Shown: one piece after another, positions 50,686-63,580 of the stretch
Numbering within the stretch: the stretch's first letter is position 1
How the letters are laid out: each line of letters opens with the position of its first letter
Assembly (NCBI GenBank): GCA_044892525.1
Contig: CM097887.1
Location: forward strand, 20,522,001 to 20,586,000
DNA length: 64,000 nt
Reading direction: 5' to 3'
DNA from: Schmidtea polychroa
Lineage: Eukaryota
Position numbers and translations under genes: made by a program
The notes under the pieces: generated by a model
What the model was told of the DNA's origin: nothing
What the model saw: only the letters and a program-made list of their open reading frames with translations
Databases searched by the model: none

Positions 50686-51606
50686 CTACATGTATATTAC
50701 ATAACCCTTATCTATGAGCCTTTGGCATGTTTGGCAATTTTTTATATTACTTATTTCAAAGCAAGCATTGCAAATAATGACATGATGGCAAGGTTCATAA
50801 AGTATATTAACCTGATTTTGCTTACAAGATTTGCATATTAAGTACGACGACCTCGCTTTATTTAATATTACTGGTATCTGTTTCTCCATTTCCTCAATAT
50901 GCCTTTCTATGTTGATCCATATTTCCTGAGATGGTTTCTTAATTAATCTGTATTTTAACAATTTCCCATAGCACTCCTTGATGGCTTCCTCACTGAAATC
51001 GCCATTCGATTGAATAAACCAGCTAGATAGTTTCAACAGATATTCATTATAACCGAATTTCTCATGTAAATTACCAACGAACTGGTGCTTGAACGATTTT
51101 GAAATCTCTAATAATCTCATTGGTTTATATGTTTGATAATTTTTAATCAAGCTCGCGATCTGATCGAATCGACAGCAACTAAAACATAATCCAATATAGT
51201 CACGCATGAAAGAAGAAATCTCCATCTGATCACTGTTGCAAATTCGACATTTTAAATTACATTCACGTTTTTCTTCTACAATTTTTGATAATTTATTTTG
51301 AATAAAATCGATATTTGATATCCAATTGTTTATAACAATTCGATAATATTTTTCTAATCTCAATTCCATCAACTCCCAAAAATATTCCAAGAAATTTTTT
51401 TGAGAAAATTCCATAAGATTAATATGCAAAACGAAGCTGCACAATTTTAATAGTGGCTTTGAGTATCCGAATTTTTTGTGGAAATATTTGATCATGTAAT
51501 GCCTAAATGAATCTAAAATTTTATCAAGTTCATTATAATCCATTAAATTCTGATTTGAATTTAAAAAAACTTCGATTTTTTTGAAAGTATTATTGATTAA
51601 AATCAT
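50686..51606 (-). CDS. RING-finger (IAP/MIB-type C3HC4) protein with an internal tandem duplication, 306 aa, single exon
   Basis: C-terminal CKSC...LYEPCHHVIICNAC......CQTCQ..I. Two ~125-aa repeats share SF.H....H.KFGY...LLKL.S. The first RING is degenerate. Confidence 0.85.
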   Translation of the reverse strand: MILINNTFKKIEVFLNSNQNLMDYNELDKILDSFRHYMIKYFHKKFGYSKPLLKLCSFVLHINLMEFSQKNFLEYFWELMELRLEKYYRIVINNWISNIDFIQNKLSKIVEEKRECNLKCRICNSDQMEISSFMRDYIGLCFSCCRFDQIASLIKNYQTYKPMRLLEISKSFKHQFVGNLHEKFGYNEYLLKLSSWFIQSNGDFSEEAIKECYGKLLKYRLIKKPSQEIWINIERHIEEMEKQIPVILNKARSSYLICKSCKQNQVNILYEPCHHVIICNACFEISNIKNCQTCQRLIDKGYVIYM

Positions 51607-53035
51607 AGTTTGTTAAAAAATATATATAAATTTTTAATAAATATAATTTGTACCTTTAACATATATATATATATCAAAATATTTCAATTAAAATAGTAAC
51701 AGGATGTATTGTTTGGGACGAATCAGAAATCGTGATTGATATAATAAAACAAATTTATTAATTAATTTTCATTTTTTATTTGAGATTATGATAATTATTA
51801 TTATTATCGTAATTATAATTGTTATTAATTTAATGCATATAATTCATATAAAATTTTGAAATTTAATTAAAATATTGTGTTGGACAAAAACCGATTCTAG
51901 GGTATGGTAATAAGTAATTTTCGAGTACATCAATTAAGCATGAATAATTATGAGAAACTTCAATCAAATAATATACTAGGTTAGTTGCCAAAACTGCTTC
52001 CTTTGCACGTTATTAGGTAGTAATATGCACTCCAGACTTAGGTAACCCCCATAATATTTTTTAAAATTTTTTATATATTGATTACGTAATATGTTAAAAT
52101 TTAAAAAGAATTGAATATCGTTGAAATTGAAACTAATAACTTTTTACTGAAACTTTATAAATGCAAATATTTTTTGCATTTATAAAATGAATTTTGCATT
52201 TTTTAGCAAAATACTTGCCCAGTAATACTAATATCATTATTTTTCACAATGAAAATGAAACCCATTACATTCGAGAAATAATTGTATGCCGATGACAATA
52301 GTAACATTAATTTTTTGAAAAATTGAAGAAAAGTTCCCCTTTTTATTATTTTTTTCACACATTGGGCAGTTTGACTATAGGTTTCAAGTTCACAATGATT
52401 TTTTGTATGACGTTATAGACTGCTTTTAAGCACATTCCAGTCAGCTGTTTCCACCTGTTTATAAACAAGGCATTTACAGATGGTTTTTAATTTATTTTTC
52501 TTCGTTTTGATTATTTTGGATAAACTATCTCGTTTCCAGTGCAAAATTGCAAATCGTATAGAGAGGGAAAAATTATAAGACATTTATACAAATTCAAGCA
52601 ACAGTGTAAAGTCAAACAGGTGTATTTGGATGAAGAATCTACCCTTATCTTCTAAACAGAAAAGGAATACAAGGATTCCATCCGTTGAAAAGATAATCAA
52701 TCTCAGACTGGGTTGGAAACTTCACTTTTCTGTTCAATAGAGAGAGACGGCGACTGGATCGATTCAAAATTTTAATCTTTTAAATCATGTTTGAGAAAAA
52801 TCAATTTTTTTTACCTTTTGAAGGTTTTAGCTCATAATGGTTGAACCCGGAAAGGTCTAAGTGGTACCATAATACAGAGCACGCACGACTCTATCTACAA
52901 ACAATTGATTGTTAAGAACTCTTTGACTTTAAGGAAATTCAAAAATTTTAAAAACTTTATAGCATGTGTCTGTGTGAGTCTATGAAATACTTATTTATAA
53001 AGGGGTCTGATATGACAACTTTTTTTGAAAATGAG

Positions 53036-53036
<1 letters not shown>

Positions 53037-53112
<76 letters not shown>
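53037..53112. repeat. (TA)n microsatellite
   Basis: About 38 perfect units. Confidence 0.98.
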
Positions 53113-53117
<5 letters not shown>

Positions 53118-53254
53118 AATGACTTACATAAAAAATTTGATAAAATTTTAGTGACCAACATAAAAAATTCTAGTTAAAAAATATATTTTTCCTAAGCTGA
53201 GATTGGAGATGGTTTGGATGGGACATTTCTGAATATTCTGAATGCCATATTTTG

Positions 53255-53430
53255 TATGTGTCCCAAAAATTCTGATTTAGCTTTGTAGAATTCACTTACT
53301 TTGATTTATCTTTCACCAATCTTTGAATTCTTATATATCAGTCTTGCTCTCCTGCTGTAAATACCATACATTTTGTACTCTGTAGATCCGTTTCTGAAAT
53401 GTAGTAGAAGCTGCTGACAATCCAAAAAGA
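53255..53430 (-). mobile_element. Gypsy-like reverse transcriptase remnant
   Basis: LFGLSAASTTFQK and, in another frame, EFLGHI. Confidence 0.45.
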
Positions 53431-53652
53431 AATTTGTTAAAAAAGAATTGTATTATACTTTGTATTTGTGGACATTGAATTTAATAGTATCTTTAATTTA
53501 ACGTTAACATGCTTACAATAAAAATATGCAAACCTCCTTCATAGCTTTTATCTCTTGTCGTTTTTGTATTTTTACATTAATAATTACTCCTCAAATAAAA
53601 AGAAAATTATTTTTAGATATTTTTTTTATCAGACTATATTTGTCATTGTTAG

Positions 53653-56600
53653 CAGTGGCGGACTGGGCAGGCGGGACACCCGGACATTTCCCGGTGGCCC
53701 GGTCGAATTAGAGGCCACGAGGCCGGCGATATGTAAACTATTAAATTATTTCTTCTGATTAAAAAAAATAAATAAATGAAAGAATATACAATACTCCCAT
53801 ACCTCGCTTTACGGCCTAGATACGTTCTACGAAACTTGGCCGCAAAGCGAAAAGCCGTATAACGAATCAATTATTCTAATACAAATTCATACAAATTCAA
53901 TGAGATCGGTTCCAAATTTGTTAAATATGTAACTTGGTTTATCATTCAAAATGCATTTTATCTTTTTATTTCATTTAAATCAAAAATACATACATAACAA
54001 GTACATACATTTGTACATAAAATAATAACAGACTCCAAAAACCAGCAATAATCTATAAACAAAGATGAAACAACTTCCTGTTACATAAAAAATAAAATAG
54101 AATTTTAAAAAACATAAAATATCCACTGAACGATGGCTAAGTCTTGTGTCTGTTATTAACCCATTAACGCCGGCCATATTCATTTGAGGACGATAAGAAA
54201 AATAAAGATTCAACAATATTGGAAGACTATAATATTTCTCAAGACTATAAATTTTTTCACAGTAATGAATCAATGGTCCAAATTTGTTTTAAATTTAGTT
54301 CTTTATTTGACGGTCTGTTTGTTAGATAAGATTTAATGTTTTGAAATTAAATACGGAGTTACTATCGCGCTGCTTGTTTATGTCTTTAGGACCACCGGTG
54401 TTAATATTATTAAACAAAATTGTTAACTTATACTGCATCCAACTGGAAGTGTTCATTTTATTTTAATTATATAATATTTTTATTATTATTTTATAAACTA
54501 TATATATGTAAGATGATTTATTGTTCTTTTCATACATTTTTGATAAATCTTATTTTCTTAAAGCGTATACTATCAATGCAAACTTTAAGAATAAATTATC
54601 TATTAATTTTTGTTTAGGCGTTAATGGGTTTAATAAATACTTATTGTATTATATTGTTAAATTATTTACGTTTATTATTTAGAAAAAAGGGAAAAAAGAA
54701 ATTTAAAGAAGGCACTCATAAAGAGAGAGAAAAGCGACAAAAAATCATGCAAGAAGCTGCGAAAAATACTCTTAAATTAAGTGATATGTTTGCTTCAACT
54801 TCTAAGATCAATGCATTTGATATTGAAAATTTGAATAAGGATTTGGATTTAAGTTCATCACTTTCGAGGAATGATGATACTATTATGTGTCCCATTGAAA
54901 CATCAATTCTCGAAGAAATAACTTCAGTTTCAACTTCCACCCAGGCCAATAATGAAATGATAACACCAACAAACAAAATGTTTAATTTCTTATCAGATAA
55001 TTATTTCATAAGGCCAGGAAATCAAAATTATGAAGAGTTTTTTAAAAAACATCCATGCCAACCAACCATTGATGACATTACTAATTTACCTTTTAAACCA
55101 AATTTAATATTTTATAGAAAAGATAAAGTAAATAGGCGTTGGCTATCATATAGTTTGAAAAAAAATGCTCTATTATGTACCATGTGTTTGGCTTACAGTG
55201 ATATTACAAACGAGAGTTCGTTTGTAAATCGTGGAATGACGGACTGGAGGCCCACTTTGCAACGTGTCAAAAAGAACATGAAAATAGTAAAACTCATGAA
55301 AATTGTGTAAATTGTCATATGCTCAAATCTAAAGGCAGAAATATTTATAATTTAATGTTCACAGATGAAGGAAGCATACGTCAGAAAAATATTATTGAAC
55401 GAAAGCAAGTATTGGAAAGAATTATAGATGTTGTAAAATTAATTGGAAAAAGAGGATTAGCTTTTCGCGCTCACCGATCTGAATCTGTTTTTTCACTTTC
55501 ACTTGAAAATAATCAAGAAGACCATGGTAATTTTTTAGAAATAATATTGCTACTCTCTAAATATGACGCTGTTTTAAAATTACATTTATCAAGAGTCATC
55601 AAAGAAAAGAAGAAAAATAATGAAACATCTGTGGGAACTAAAGGTAGAGGCAGTTTTATTTCATTAATTTCAAAATCTACTATTAACCAGGTAATTTTGG
55701 CCAGTGGAAAATTAATTCAAGATAGCATTTTGTTAGATATACAGGAAGCAGGTATTTTTTCTTTGCAAATTAACACCACACATGACATAACACAAAAGGA
55801 TCAGTGCTCAATTGTTGTCCGATATGTAAAGGGAAATATCTATGAACGTGTAGTAGCTGTTTTAAATTGCAAATCGTCTACAGGGAAAGACATGTGCAAT
55901 TTAATTAGTACTTTTATTAAAAACAGTGGATTAAATATTAAAAATTATATCGGTAATTCGACAGACGGAGCAGCAAACATGCGTGGACAGTATAATGGCT
56001 TCACCAGTTGGTTAAGTAAAGAATTGCCTGGTCAAATTCACGTTTGGTGTTATGCCCACGTATTGAATTTAGTTGTCACAGATGCTACTAGTTCGGTAAT
56101 TGAAGGTACTTCTCTCTTTGAATTACTCAACTCGTGTGCCGTATTTCTAAGAGAATCTTATCAACGTATGGATGTTTGGGAAAACACCAGTGTAAAAATA
56201 AGGTATCAGAGACTTAACGTTATAGGTGAAACAAGATGGTCAGCAAAAGAAACAGCACTTAAAAATTTTTTTGGGCATTATGATAACAAAGAAACCTCAT
56301 TATATGTAGACTTATTGATAACTTTGAATTATTTTGTATCGTTCAATGCTCAAATTAGACACACTGCATTAACACTAATGGAGTCTTTATTGAAGTTTAA
56401 AGTTATACTTACGGCGCATATTTATTTAAAAATTTTTCAATATATTGGACCGTTATCTAAATATTTACAAACCAGCAATTTAAATTATTTAACAGCTTAT
56501 AAAATGGTAACTTCCACATTAAATTCTTTAAAAAAATTTTTACGTGATTTTAGTAATGTTAAAGAAAAGTCAAATTCATTTGCTAAACGTGCGAATACAC

Positions 56601-57520
56601 TACTTGAAGAGGAAAATTGTGAAATAATTGTCGAAGAAGATATACCAGAAGAGAGATTTAGACGACGAAAGAGAATGCCCGACGAAATAACCGAAGATCA
56701 TGAATTTCAAAACCCAATCGAAAAATATAAAATAACCACGTTTAACGTAATTATGGATACCACAATAAATACTATAGAAAACCGTTTTTGAAAATCATGG
56801 AAAATTATTTGCAGACATGGCAATATTAGACCCTAAAAATTTTACCGACAATAAATGTTCAGAAAACAGTTTAGAAGAGCTCAGTAAATTACTAGTAAAA
56901 TATCATAAAACAGCTACAGTGTCAAATTTAAGGGAGGAATTAACTGATTTAATGACAAAATGGGACGACTTTAAAATATCTATGCAAGATATATATAACA
57001 CCGATGAATTAACTGATTCAGATTCAGAATTAATAAGTGAAGTATGCCTCGAAAACAAAAAGAGTTGCAAAAATTGTATTTATTGCTGTTTTAATTTCTT
57101 GGCTAAATATAATTTATATAGCAAAGTATACAGCAATGTTTATTTTGCATATAAATTTATTTTAACATTATCTTCGACGCAAGTAGCTTGTGAACGTAGT
57201 TTTTCCAAATTAAAAATTATAAAAAATAGACTCAGATCTTCCTTGTCACAAGATAATTTGCAGTTTTTGATGCTTATGGCGATAGAGAAGGATATTTTGG
57301 TTAATTTAAATAATTATACAATAATAGAGAAAATAAGAGAAAATGCTTCTGGTATTAGTAAATATTTAAATGGTTAAGAATCTTTTGTTTATTTATTTTT
57401 TATTAAGTATGTATTTATATGTAATATTATATTAAAATATTATTTTATATTATATTGTTTTTTTTGAGGCCGGTCCACTTGGGGTTTCCCGGGCCGCTCA
57501 AATTTGCCAGTCCGCTACCG
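53653..57520 (+). mobile_element. Full-length hAT (ZMYM1/Tip100-like), 3868 bp, transposase split by two frameshifts
   Basis: TIR CAGTGGCGGACTGG / CCAGTCCGCTACCG; TSD ATTGTTAG/TTTGTTAG. TTF finger, GLAFRAH, HGNFLE, STDGAANMRG, WCYAHVLNL, ETRWSA, VACERSFSKLK. Confidence 0.96.
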
Positions 57521-57897
57521 TTTGTTAGTGTCAAATTTTAGAAAAATTGTTAGATTAAGTAAAAATGGCAAACAATTTTCCAGACTTAGGACACCTTCTC
57601 AATTATGTTTTACAAATTTAATCGTGTAAAAATTTATTATTCAGGTGTATCAAGTGTTCTAGATGTGTAAAAAATGTTGACGATGGTTTACAACATTCAA
57701 TGATAGTAATTTCAATTTGAAAGATCTGATTGACATCTACTTTCTGCAACCTATAATTACAGATAACGAAGGCTAACAAATTAATACTGACATACCCCGG
57801 CCTACCATATTGCAGCTTATAATGAACTGTTTATAATGAACAGCAATGAGAACATATGTCACAAACACACATCAATACTGAATTTCTGAGAGAGTTA

Positions 57898-58498
57898 TTA
57901 CTTCGTTATATTACCCTTCATCTGGATAACAAGGCGCATTCGTTTATGCATCGCATTGACCAATTTTGCCAGGAAATCAGGGTAGATGTGTGACCATTCC
58001 TCATGCTGATGCGTTTCCAGTTCGGAGGCGTTACGGGTAATGAGAATCCTTTTGCGAATTCGTCTATCAAGGATGTCCCACAGAAATTCAAATGGATTTA
58101 GATCAGGGCTTTGTGGAAACCAATCCAAAACATTGACGCTGTGCTACAGAAAGAATTACCTCATAATGTGCGAAGTATGGGTCAGTTCCACGACCTTAGA
58201 AAAGACTCCAAAACATGATGGAGCCTCCATATTTCACAGTTGGCTGAATGCAGTCAGGGCGAAATCGTTCTCCTACACATCACCAGCAGAATTGCTTTCC
58301 ATCCGATTTGAAAAGAGTGAAACGTGATTTATCACACCAAATGTGCCATTGTTCTGCTGTCCAGCTGCTTCTCTCCCGGCACCACTTAAAGCGACGATGA
58401 CGAATTCTTTTTGTAATCAAAGGCTTCCTTGTGCAGTATCTGCCATGGAAACCATGAAAATGTAATGCGCGACAAATGGCGGACATGCTAGCATGCAC
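57898..58498 (-). mobile_element. Tc1-family transposase pseudogene
   Basis: RKPLIT..R.KWC..R.SWT.EQW, DKSRF.LF.SDG, DWFPQSPDLNPFE.LW. Confidence 0.9.
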
Positions 58499-58896
58499 AG
58501 AGCTAATGTTTAAAAAAAATCAAATTTTATTTTAATCAAATCCACGTGCCGGTTAAGGCTAGAGGGAGAGGTTCTCACCCTTAGAAATCTAAGTCTTTCG
58601 TCGTTCAAACATTTTATTTGTAGGTTAATCAGGATAATAAACATCAAAGTAGTTATTATATTAATGCTATTTAATTAATTACATTTCTTATATATTAGGA
58701 GCCATAATATACAAAATAAATATGAGGAATGCTTTGAATACGTATTATATATCTATATCGTTGTTCAACAATTGGTGTCACAAGAGATAAATAATTAAGT
58801 TTAATAAGAAGTATTTGTAGATAAATTTAATAAGGATATAATAACCATAAAATACAAATAAATAAGAAATGCATTGGATACAAATAATCTATATAA

Positions 58897-60660
58897 TCAT
58901 TCTTTATATATATGTTTTCTGTATATTTGGTAGCTGCTATTAACTGCAACTACACAGGCTTTTTGGCCAGTTCCTTTATCTCGTCATTGGAGAGGCCGAT
59001 AATCTTGAGTATTGGGTCATTCTTTTTTATCTCATGACCCTAAAGTGCCTATTACAAGGGCATGTAAAATGTGCGGACATTTATGGAGCCTTCCAATTTC
59101 CTCGCCTAGTTTCTTATATTTGTCGTAATTATTTTTTCTAGAGTTATCATAATTTTCTCTTGAATCGAATGTGACCTTAATATCCAAGATGTGGATAGAT
59201 TTATTACGTTTTGATTTAAGTAGAAGATCCGGTTTGAGAGTAGAGGAGGTTCCTTCAGGTACTTCTTCTATATCTACCTCATAGTTGATAGAAATAAGAA
59301 ACTCTGCTACAGTTTGTAAGACATTATCGTGTTTATTTCTACGTGCATTTATACGAGCCTGACAGTGATTAAAAATGTGTGCAGGTGTTTCGGGGTGAGC
59401 GTGGCAATGTCTGCAGGGTATTGATTTTTTGGTGTTAAGGCGGTGAGGTGAATAGTTCAATTTTAAGATATTGTTGCGTGCTTAGAAAAAGGAATTGGGC
59501 ATGAGGAAGGATGTCGCTTTTAAAAAAATAATCGGCAATGCTGCTTTCGCCAATTGCCTTTGCAAGGTGAAGTTTAAGCGGGAGTGGATGAATACCTTAA
59601 AGGCGTTAATTTTTTGCGAAGGGTGAAGATGAGAATTAAGAATTTTTTTTGTGTCTTGGATTGCGAAGTCAAGTCTTTCTTTGATGCAGTATTTAGTTTT
59701 ATGAGAAAGGTCCACCCCCAGGTATCTGTACATATTTGAGTCGTCAATTTTAGGAAGAGTTTCACCATAGAGTGATATGGGGTGATAGTTGTTTTCATGG
59801 TCAATGTGGAAGTACCCAGACTTCGAGGGTTTAAATCGTAGGTTAACTTTCGATGCTAAGGATAAGGTAAGAGATAAAGCGGATTTGATATTCGAGTAGG
59901 AGTCAGATATAAGGACAATGTCATCAGCATACGCAAGTATGCTAATGTTATGATCATGGAATAAAAAGGGATGACTTTGTAGCACGTTGCGAAGTATAAA
60001 ATCTATGGACAGACAAAACAAGGGGCAGCCTTGTTTCACGCCTTTAAAAATAGGAGTATAAACTGATTTTTCTCTCTCACATTCAAAGTAAATTTGTACA
60101 TTGTTGTACATGTCTTGAAAGAGAGCGATGGTGGAGGTGTGGAGTCCCATCTGAGAAAGAGTATGCCAGATCAGTTCGTGCGGTATTGATCCAAAGGCAT
60201 CTGCTATATCTAGCCAGATGATATGAAGGTCATTTTTTTACGATAAGAGTAGTCTTTTATAAGGTGGAGGATTAAAGGATTTAATTAGTTTATTAATAAT
60301 TGGTTTCTTTTTAGGAGGGGAATTAAGAGTAGTACGCGATTTATGGATGAAGGAGTTTGAGATTGGTTTAGAGTAGTGTCGTTTACGTGAATTACCTAAG
60401 TTTTTATTGATTGGTTTGCTATTATTCACGACAGGTTTAGGTGGAGAGTCGGAGGTAGCAGAATGGCAAACGATCGGGTCTTCGGAAGGAGTAGAGAAAG
60501 AGCAGTGTTTTTGTTCACGTAAAGGAGGTGATTGGAGGTAGGCAATTGAGTCGTCTAAGAGTAAAGAAGTTGGATCTAGGTAAGAAGCTTCAGACGAAGG
60601 CAAGGAGCTAATTGTAACATCTTTAAATGTTAGTCTTAGAGGATGCGAGTCGTGCGGAAA
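58897..60660 (-). mobile_element. Internally deleted NeSL/Utopia-like REL non-LTR retrotransposon
   Basis: WLDIADAFGSIPHELI, GVKQGCPL, LAYADDIVL, FKPSKS, YRYLGV, CRHC...ETPAHIFNHC, KHDNV, KPDL, ILDIKV, KY, VIGTLGS. Confidence 0.9.
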
Positions 60661-62061
60661 AGAGGGGTATTATATTGATGATATTTAAACAAAGTAAATG
60701 ACTTTGTAAAAGTAGCATCAATATTTAAATTAATAATATTGGACATAATACTCGTTAAATTGTTAATTAGAGGCTTATGGTTTTTAAAGTTTGGGTTTTC
60801 AACGGCATTTAGGTATTTATTAATTTCAATCCTGATACAATTTCTAAGTTTATTTTTTAAGAAACGATTAAATTTATTTATTCTATTTGAATAATTTTTA
60901 CCAATTCTTTAATATAATGTTCAAGAATCAAGAATAAATCCTGACTTAATTCTTTCATCTTTCCCAAAATTAACAGCCCATATTCATCTCTTATATCTTT
61001 AATCTATTTGAATGGGAATTCTTTGAGTAAATTGTTTTGTTGACCAGAGTTATTTTCTATTAAATCGATCTTTTTTCGAAACCTATAATTTATTTGTTGT
61101 TCTTCCTGAATTATATTTATCATTCCAAATTTCTGTAGTTTACACATATATTGTACTTTCGTTTTACGTTGCTTCATGGGAAAGTCTAATATTGATACTT
61201 TGTATAATCCTTAATTATTACCTAAAATTGATTGAGGGTATTTTTCGCATTTTGAAATTACTGCTGATTTAATTACTATTTTTTAAAATTGTTTCCAATA
61301 TGCCCTAAGAATACTAACTTGGTTTAATAAAAGTGGCATTTCGAAGAGCTGGAGAAATCGAGCAATCAGGACCAAGGGGTGCACAGGGGATAAGAAATTC
61401 CTATTCTAGAACTAGGTCAGCGATTAATAAAGCTAAGAGCGGGTGGAAGTGAGTATCAAACCATATGCAGAGCAACAGCTATTCCCAGCAATGTTGGTGC
61501 TCATCACTAAGTTACCGGTATCATTCCGGGTTTCTTTTATTATTTTCATATACTTTTTCTTCAATTTAGAAGATATAAGCCAATTCATTCAAAAAGAAAG
61601 CGCGTGTTCCAAAAACTAAAATAAATTTTCTAACTTTATTTTTATTATTAAAAAATGATCATCTTAATGTAATAAATATTATAAAATCTTTTATAAAAAA
61701 TCAAATCATGTATTTAAAATTTTCAAATTCGCTACCCTTATTTAGATTATATATATTACTAATCATATTTTCTTAATTAGAAATAAAAAATTGTTTTAAA
61801 TTATTAAGACAATGAACTTACATAATTATTTATTATCGTAAGTATTTATTTAGTATAACATTTATGACCTTGACTATATAACAGATATTTTTCATTTATT
61901 TTACAAATAGTTAATAAAATAATAACTTTCTCTTTTTATTTACACATAATTTTGTATTTTAGAATAATTGTTTTTGATTTATTGGATTTCATTTTGTTAA
62001 AAAATTGATGCTGAAATTTTAATTTATTTGAAATTTAGCGTTTGTTTAAATCAATTATAAA

Positions 62062-62957
62062 ATGGAAACTGGTAGCGGTAAAATTTCTTGGATTGATGCT
62101 GTCCAAATTTCTGTCAGGGAAGAATTGGTACATATTGCAAAATTGGCTGAGCAAGCTGAAAGATACGATGATATGGCAGTAGCCATGAAACGAGTTACTG
62201 AAAAAGGACACGAATTGAGCAATGAAGAACGTAATTTGTTGTCTGTTGCATATAAAAACGTTGTTGGCTCACGTCGATCATCATGGAGAGTTATATCAAG
62301 TATTGAACAGAAAACCGATGGAAATGAGAAAAAAGTCAAATTTAGTGGTGAATATAGGCTTAAAATCGAGAAAGAATTGCATGATATTTGTCGTGATGTT
62401 TTGGTGAGAATTAATTTACAAAATTATTTTTTTTATTATTATATTATGTCTATATCAATGTAAATTAGAAACTGCTGAGGGAGTATTTAATACCAAAAGC
62501 GACAATTTCGGAAAGCGTTGTATTCTTTTTGAAAATGGAAGGTGACTATTATCGTTACTTAGCTGAAGTAGCATCTGGTGATGTTAAAGATGAAGCTGTT
62601 CAGAAATCAATGGATGCTTATCAAAATGCTACTGTGCATGCCGACAAGGAATTAGAAACGACTCATCCAATAAGGTTAGGATTAGCTCTTAATTATTCAG
62701 TTTTCTTCTACGAAATTAAAAATGAACCTGAACGAGCTTGTCAGTTAGCTCGAAGTGCTTTTGATAGTGCAATTGCAAATATAGATGACCTTCAGGAAGA
62801 ATCTTATAAAGATAGCACTTTAATAATGCAACTTTTGAGGGACAATTTAACGGTTATTATTATTAGATTTCATGTTGATATCTGATCAATAATTATCTAG
62901 TTGTGGACTTCAGAACAAGATGCCGAACCTGGAGAAGCTGATCCTGGTGACAATTAA
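62062..62957 (+). CDS. 14-3-3: 14-3-3 protein (non-epsilon, zeta-like), 3 exons, 260 aa
   Basis: Exons 62062-62403, 62469-62852, 62901-62957 (783 nt; introns 65 and 48 nt). [57 protein letters not shown]|LWTS. Confidence 0.97.
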
Positions 62958-63165
62958 CAATTTTTTATTGCTATTGTTTGTTTTGTATGTTGTAATTATT
63001 ATGAATAAAACTGAGTTCTTGTTAATAATGGAGAAAATGAAATTGCAGTACGATCTAACTTCCTGGAACTTCGATTTCTTTAGATTTTATGAGTCCTATT
63101 GTAGCTGCATATAACTGGTTGATTGTCATAACTATTTCATAATTATTATATCTGAATGTCTAGAG

Positions 63166-63532
63166 CAGGGTTTACCAAGCTTTTTCAGCGACGGAACACT
63201 TATCTTATTTTTTAGGTTGGGTAATTCATTATAGTATAAATAAAAATAAAAATGTTATCAAAGAAATATCAGCGAATCAGATAAAAACAATCCCATCCAC
63301 CACGTCTTTTTCCCTTATTAAAAAATATTGGCTCTTGTTAAAGACTATTATTGCTGTATCCAACTTCTATGTACTAAATATTTTCGCCTGCTTTTGACCT
63401 AAAAAAATCAATGAAGTTTAACCGTCGCTCGTCTTTCATTATGAAGCAGAATATGTTTAATTTTCTAAATTTACTCCAATTTTTTGCAAATTATCTATTT
63501 AGGCTCGGTGGAGCACAGTTTATGAAACCCTG
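63166..63532. mobile_element. hAT Buster-type MITE, 367 bp
   Basis: CAGGGTTT / AAACCCTG ends with perfect TSD GTCTAGAG. Confidence 0.92.
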
Positions 63533-63580
63533 GTCTAGAGGATTCAAATATTCTATATACAGATATTTTGCATTTAGATC

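Noticed and set aside
60800-61540. GC-richer patch considered as an HDV-like ribozyme or a Penelope RT (LIADLVLE)
   Set aside because: No HDV pseudoknot core could be identified, and the RT similarity is limited to a few residues.
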